A DNA stretch of 64,000 nt from Bythopirellula sp. (GTDB lineage Bacteria; Planctomycetota; Planctomycetia; Pirellulales; Lacipirellulaceae): contig OZ244170.1 of assembly GCA_965216565.1 (NCBI GenBank), positions 1,248,001-1,312,000 on the forward strand, in the 5' to 3' direction. Below are positions 59,707 through 64,000 of the stretch, one piece after another. Each line of letters begins with the position of its first letter. Within the stretch, counting starts at the first letter, position 1. The notes beneath the pieces are model-generated. The model saw nothing but the letters and a program-made list of their open reading frames with translations, did no database searches and was not told the origin of the DNA. Both the position numbers and the translations under genes were made by a program.

Positions 59707-60231
59707 ATGGCCAATTCACAGGGTGATCCCAAATCGATTCGAATCGGGGTTTTTGACACTGTAGAGAATGCGGACCGCGCTCTTAGTTCGCTGCAGCAAG
59801 CGGGCTTCGGCGAGAATGAACTCTCGGTGCTCTGCAGTAATGAGACTCAAGCAAAACATTTCCCTCCTTCTCTGGTCGACGGAGAAGACGGCGACACAGC
59901 TAAAGCTTCTGCTGCGGGCAGTGTGATTGGTGCTCTTATTGCTGGGGCCGGCGTCGGTGCAGCGGGCTTAGCTACAACGGCTGGACTGCCGGTCATTGCC
60001 ATTGGCGCTATGGGTGCGGCAATGGCTGGGGGTGTTGCCGGCGGATTGACGGGGGCCATGGCCGAAAGAGGTTTTGAACCCCAATCAGCAGATTATTTCG
60101 ACCAAGCTGTAACTGAGGGCAAGATTCTGATTTCCGTTGAATCTGAGAATTCAGACCCGGCCCGCTTAAAGTTGGCAAGCGAGATTCTCAGAGATGCAGG
60201 TGCTGAACCAATCTCCCTGCTTGAAACGTAG
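59707..60231 (+). CDS. General-stress-protein-like small protein with a glycine-zipper membrane segment
   Basis: IGVFDTVENADRALSSLQQAGF...LSVL, Gly/Ala-rich hairpin, GKILISV. Confidence 0.7.
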   Translation: MANSQGDPKSIRIGVFDTVENADRALSSLQQAGFGENELSVLCSNETQAKHFPPSLVDGEDGDTAKASAAGSVIGALIAGAGVGAAGLATTAGLPVIAIGAMGAAMAGGVAGGLTGAMAERGFEPQSADYFDQAVTEGKILISVESENSDPARLKLASEILRDAGAEPISLLET

Positions 60232-60240
60232 CAATTGGCT

Positions 60241-61413
60241 ATGAACTCTGAAGATCAATCTTGGAAGGTTGAATTGAAGGACTTGCTCGCCAAAGGTGCG
60301 TCGTCAGTTGACGATTTTATCGATATTCGCTGGCGAAAATTGCGAAGTCGATTCGGCTTGCAGGGCGTCCCTCAGATTCAGCCCTATATCGGGTATGCGA
60401 ACAGGGATCATGTGTGGTTACATGGGCGAGTGCTTGAGAATCCTCCAGAGGAGATGCCGGCGGACGATGCCAACTGGTGGGATAATGTGGGAGATATGTA
60501 TCGGCGCTTTGCCAGCAAAGAGGTCCCTGATGCGGCTATTTGCATTTCGATAGGGGCCGAAACATTTACGACAAAGTCTGACAAAGAAGGTTACTTTCAC
60601 CTTCAGGCGAACTACGCCCGATCGTCCGGAAGCGAGCTTTGGTCCACGGCCAGTTACCAGATTATTGACGGCTCAAATCAAGCAGCGGAGCATTCCTCGG
60701 TTCTAGGCCGGTTTCTAACGGTTCCCAACTCGGCACGATTCGGCATTATCAGTGATGTCGACGACACGATCATGCATACGAGTGCCACGCAGTTGTTGAC
60801 CGTGCTTAAGCTTACCTTCATGAGCAATGCTAAGACGCGCAAGCCACTAGATGGTGTCGCGGGACTCTACCAAGCTCTGCAAAATGGATCCAGCGAGGTC
60901 TCGGAACAGAACCCAATATTCTACGTCTCTAGCTCCCCCTGGAATCTTTTTGATGTATTGGAAGATTTCATCGATCTCAACGCAATTCCACTGGGGCCCT
61001 TATTATTGAGGGATCTCGGATTCGACGAAGACAAGCTTCTGGCAGAAGGTCACGGTCATAAGCTGGAAAAGACACGTCGTATCTTGAGGGCATATCCCGA
61101 GCTCCCGTTCCTCTTAGTGGGAGACGCCGGTCAAGACGATGCTGAGATATACGCCACGGCGGCGGCTGAGTTCGGCGACCAAGTGTGTGGTATCGTCATT
61201 CGGGACATCGACCCTGGTGCTTCGAGTAACTACGACCAGGCAGTCGGCCAATGGATTGAGCGGGCTCGAGCCAATGGCACGTCAATGCGACTTGTGGAAG
61301 ATAGCACTGAGGCTGCAGACTTAGCCATTGAGTTGGGATTAATAGGTCGCGATAGTCTTGAATCGATTTCCCGGGCAACACGCGCCGATCGGGAAAGGTC
61401 GGTCTTAATTTAA
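60241..61413 (+). CDS. App1/DUF2183-family phosphatidate-phosphatase-like HAD protein
   Basis: IISDVDDT, FYVSSSPWN, GPLLLRD, LVGDAGQDDAEIY. Confidence 0.88.
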   Translation: MNSEDQSWKVELKDLLAKGASSVDDFIDIRWRKLRSRFGLQGVPQIQPYIGYANRDHVWLHGRVLENPPEEMPADDANWWDNVGDMYRRFASKEVPDAAICISIGAETFTTKSDKEGYFHLQANYARSSGSELWSTASYQIIDGSNQAAEHSSVLGRFLTVPNSARFGIISDVDDTIMHTSATQLLTVLKLTFMSNAKTRKPLDGVAGLYQALQNGSSEVSEQNPIFYVSSSPWNLFDVLEDFIDLNAIPLGPLLLRDLGFDEDKLLAEGHGHKLEKTRRILRAYPELPFLLVGDAGQDDAEIYATAAAEFGDQVCGIVIRDIDPGASSNYDQAVGQWIERARANGTSMRLVEDSTEAADLAIELGLIGRDSLESISRATRADRERSVLI

Positions 61414-61455
61414 AACAGATTCGCATTCCGTCCCGCAATTTGAAGAGCGGTACGC

Positions 61456-62601
61456 TTAGGACTTGTTCCCGGCGGCTAAGAAGTTTCCCAACGGTGTGAG
61501 GGTTTGTGAGTGTTCTAACGTGATTTTCAGAATCACGAGCAAGGGAACTGCTAGAAGCACGCCTCCGATTCCCCAAATCCATCCCCAGAAGAAGACGGAC
61601 AAAATAATCATGACCGGATTGAGACTCACCGACTTGCTTAGCAATGCCGGAGTGATGAAGTTGGCTTCTAAAATGTTCAGACTGACATAAATCAATGGTG
61701 CCAGAGCAGCCTGCTCTAGGGAACTGAAATCGGCAAGTCCCACGACAAAGACTAACACGGCTCCGGTGGCAAGACCGGCAAAGGGGATGAAATTCAGCAA
61801 TCCGGCAGCAACTCCCCACAGAGCCGGATTGCTAAGACCGATCAACCACATTCCAATTCCGATTGCGAGCCCCAACAGCACATTGATAGCCGTAATCGTG
61901 AATAGATAAGACGAGATTCGATTTTGGATTTCTCTGGAAAGATCTACGACACGACGCTTTTCTCCCCAAGTCGGCATCAGTTCGACCAGCTTCAAAAGAA
62001 ACTGATCGCCTGCTGCGAGAAGGAAGAATAGCAAGATCAACATGATCGCCAAGCCGCCGAACACACCCCAAGTTGAGTTTACTAATGAGCCAAGTCTAGG
62101 TTGATCGATCTGTACTTCAATTGGCTCTTCGCCCGCCCTACTAGCAGTAAGGCTTTCGATTTTTTCGCTCGCCCTTTCAAGCTCTTCGAGGGGCTTTTGC
62201 ACTGGTTTGAGTTTCTCGCCGATGCTTTCGAAATACCCCGGTTCGGTGATAGTCGCAAACCAATGATTCGCAGGTTCCCAGAGTGCATCAATTCCTACTA
62301 AGGCAATTCCTCCAAAAGAACAGAATACCAGCGTGGCACTAATAGAGTGCGGAATTCGCAATTTTTCCAGCCACAGAACAATGGGCTTGAAGACGAGATT
62401 CAAGATCAAAGCCAAAGTGACAGGAAGCAGCAGCGAGCGAGTAAAATAGATCGTGTAAAAAGTCGCCAGCATGAGTAGGCAGGAGAGCAAGACATCCCTT
62501 CGCTCCCAGCCACCGGCTTCTTCAGCCAGGGCACACGGTTCCGCGAGTGACTCAGCTTTGTCTGCGGTTGCAGTCGTGTCCGCTGGTGGGTTGCTTTTCA
62601 C
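61456..62601 (-). CDS. AI-2E family transporter
   Basis: YLFTITAIN, NFIPFAG, EANFITP, WGWIWGIGGVLLAVP; GTG start. Confidence 0.88.
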   Translation of the reverse strand: MKSNPPADTTATADKAESLAEPCALAEEAGGWERRDVLLSCLLMLATFYTIYFTRSLLLPVTLALILNLVFKPIVLWLEKLRIPHSISATLVFCSFGGIALVGIDALWEPANHWFATITEPGYFESIGEKLKPVQKPLEELERASEKIESLTASRAGEEPIEVQIDQPRLGSLVNSTWGVFGGLAIMLILLFFLLAAGDQFLLKLVELMPTWGEKRRVVDLSREIQNRISSYLFTITAINVLLGLAIGIGMWLIGLSNPALWGVAAGLLNFIPFAGLATGAVLVFVVGLADFSSLEQAALAPLIYVSLNILEANFITPALLSKSVSLNPVMIILSVFFWGWIWGIGGVLLAVPLLVILKITLEHSQTLTPLGNFLAAGNKS

Positions 62602-62813
62602 AGACTCTTCCAGTTTTTTGGGGGGCTGTGTTCAAATATTTCTTGCGGATTGGTCAAAGAATCTACCGCCAATCTATGCAGGTGCGACAATCCGACCGTT
62701 GTTTCCAGCTAAAACGTCAAATTGTCACCACCTATTTTTCGGTTGATTTCCAACATAAAATCAATCCAAGACTTATACTTGGAAAAACCCTGGAGTAACG
62801 CGACTTTCCCAAT

Positions 62814-62829
62814 CGGCACGCGGGTTGCT
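62814..62829 (+). promoter_or_regulatory. Sigma54 promoter CGGCACGCGGGTTGCT for the CsbD-like operon
   Basis: GG 62815-16, N10, GC 62827-28; GGCACG -24 box. Confidence 0.78.
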
Positions 62830-63007
62830 CTCATTCATAGGTGAGTTGAAGTTGAACCGCAAGTTAATGAGCAATTTGCGTACCGGGTCGAAAGACTATT
62901 CCTAAGATCTGAGTAGAACCGATGGCGCACTTTAGCGGTGAAGAGTGCTTTTTTGAAACATCTTCAAAACACTCATTAGTAGCGCCTGATCAATTAAGGA
63001 GATTGAG

Positions 63008-63415
63008 ATGATTACTGAAGAACAAATGACCGGGAATTGGAATCAACTAAAAGGTTTGATTCGAGAGAAGTGGGGTCAAATCACCGACGACGAACTCCAA
63101 GAAGTGCAGGGAGAATTTGGTCAATTGGTCGGTATGATTCAGCAGAAAACCGGTGAGGCTCGTCACGAGATCGAAAGAACCTTAGACCGACTTAGTCAAG
63201 AGTCGGGAAGCCTAATCGACTCAGCTCATGATTACTTCAATCAAGCGAGTGAATCAGTCCGAGCGGCTGCTGGTGAAGTTGGCGACCGCGTCAGGTCTGG
63301 TTATTCCAATGCAGAACAGATGGTTAAGCAACGACCAGCCGAGTCGGTGGCAGTGGCTTTTGGCACAGGGTTGATTGCAGGAGTGATTGTTGGGTTGGTA
63401 CTGCGTTCGAAATAG
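63008..63415 (+). CDS. CsbD-family protein fused to a DUF883/ElaB-like C-terminal membrane anchor
   Basis: TAAGGAG RBS; GNWNQLKGLIREKWGQITDD; RPAESVAVAFGTGLIAG. Confidence 0.88.
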   Translation: MITEEQMTGNWNQLKGLIREKWGQITDDELQEVQGEFGQLVGMIQQKTGEARHEIERTLDRLSQESGSLIDSAHDYFNQASESVRAAAGEVGDRVRSGYSNAEQMVKQRPAESVAVAFGTGLIAGVIVGLVLRSK

Positions 63416-63530
63416 CCACGAGCATTTCAAGGTTTGCAGTAAACGCAATAATTCATCCCCTGCAGATGCGGTTCTAATGGCGAAGTACATTAGTAATCGT
63501 AATGCATCCGCCTAAAAGGAATATCGAGCA

Positions 63531-63857
63531 ATGGCTACACAAAGTTACCCAGAGAAAAAGTCGTTTGACGACCAATTCTATAACAGCACTTCCGGTGAAT
63601 ACGACTACGAACAGTATATGGAACGTGGCAAAGACCAACTGCGAGAAATCATGCAGGACAATGCGGGGCGAACTGTTCTCATTTCCTTAGCAGCAGGCTT
63701 TGGACTTGGATTGGTCATTGGTCAAGCGCTCGGTGGCTCCCCCAGGTCGTCCTCAAAGTGGAGCGATCGGATCGCAGCTGAAGGGTTGGGGCGAAAGCTC
63801 ATGGAAGGTGTCGAGGGGATCTTGCCCGATGCTGTTAGCAAGCACCTTAACAGTTAG
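63531..63857 (+). CDS. Small hypothetical membrane protein (DUF883-like)
   Basis: AAAGGA RBS; TVLISLAAGFGLGLVIG hydrophobic segment. Confidence 0.7.
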   Translation: MATQSYPEKKSFDDQFYNSTSGEYDYEQYMERGKDQLREIMQDNAGRTVLISLAAGFGLGLVIGQALGGSPRSSSKWSDRIAAEGLGRKLMEGVEGILPDAVSKHLNS

Positions 63858-63881
63858 TTGCGTTGGGAGCTAAACTCGCTT

Positions 63882-64000
63882 ATGTCAAAGAACCCCAAGA
63901 ATGCTGATGAACTGCGGCGCCGGATGGATACCGTACGTTGTCATCTGAACGAAGATGTCGAACAGGTGGCTTCAAGCGTGCGTGTTAAGACCGACTGGCG
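63882..64000 (+). CDS. Hypothetical protein, 3'-partial (MSKNPKNADELRRRMDTVRCHL...)
   Basis: GGGAG RBS, open to window end, co-oriented with the upstream stress genes. Confidence 0.55.
   Translation, partial: MSKNPKNADELRRRMDTVRCHLNEDVEQVASSVRVKTDW

Noticed and set aside
1..64000. CRISPR array, rRNA, prophage, integrase or defence genes
   Set aside because: No regularly spaced direct repeats or recognisable cas, phage or recombinase motifs seen by eye
1..64000. Many 60-230 aa ORFs antisense or out of frame to the called genes (e.g. 35508-36098, 56473-57174, 61196-61819)
   Set aside because: Shadow ORFs of well-supported genes with no family motifs

Overview
Bacterial chromosomal window, most likely a planctomycete (Pirellulales/Lacipirellulaceae-like), inferred from a DUF1559 prepilin-like protein, its partner lipoprotein and several PEP-CTERM proteins, three carrying a GDF[ND]x[DN]xxVDGxD dockerin/EF-hand-like module. 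Four blocks. (1) ~1.5-24 kb: a chitin/amino-sugar locus with three GH18, a GH20, a ROK regulator, two SSS symporters and PEP-CTERM proteins. It has no nagK/nagA/nagB but carries two dehydrogenases, a lactonase, an enolase-superfamily enzyme, RidA and a creatininase-family amidohydrolase, suggesting an oxidative, non-phosphorylative GlcNAc route (inference). (2) 26.2-38.5 kb: a divergent sigma54-controlled cluster (argG, M20 amidohydrolase, AGCS transporter, bEBP | argB, two GNATs, ATP-grasp ligase, a 665-aa protein with a calpain/papain-like Q-C-H-N motif set, PLP aminotransferase) ending at tRNA-Pro(GGG). (3) 39.5-54 kb: a putative envelope-modification cluster (Thr-type sulfatase-like-TPR, PEP-CTERM, membrane spermidine-synthase-like-TPR, sulfotransferase, two NPP/alkaline-phosphatase-family enzymes, a small RHH-like LxxLGY protein, a DUF106/EMC3-like membrane protein) plus galE. 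(4) 54.9-64 kb: a general-stress-type island (PRC-barrel, AI-2E x2, App1, CsbD) with two clear sigma54 promoters. No CRISPR array, rRNA, integrase or intact transposase was seen. All family calls come from motif recognition by eye, not database searches.
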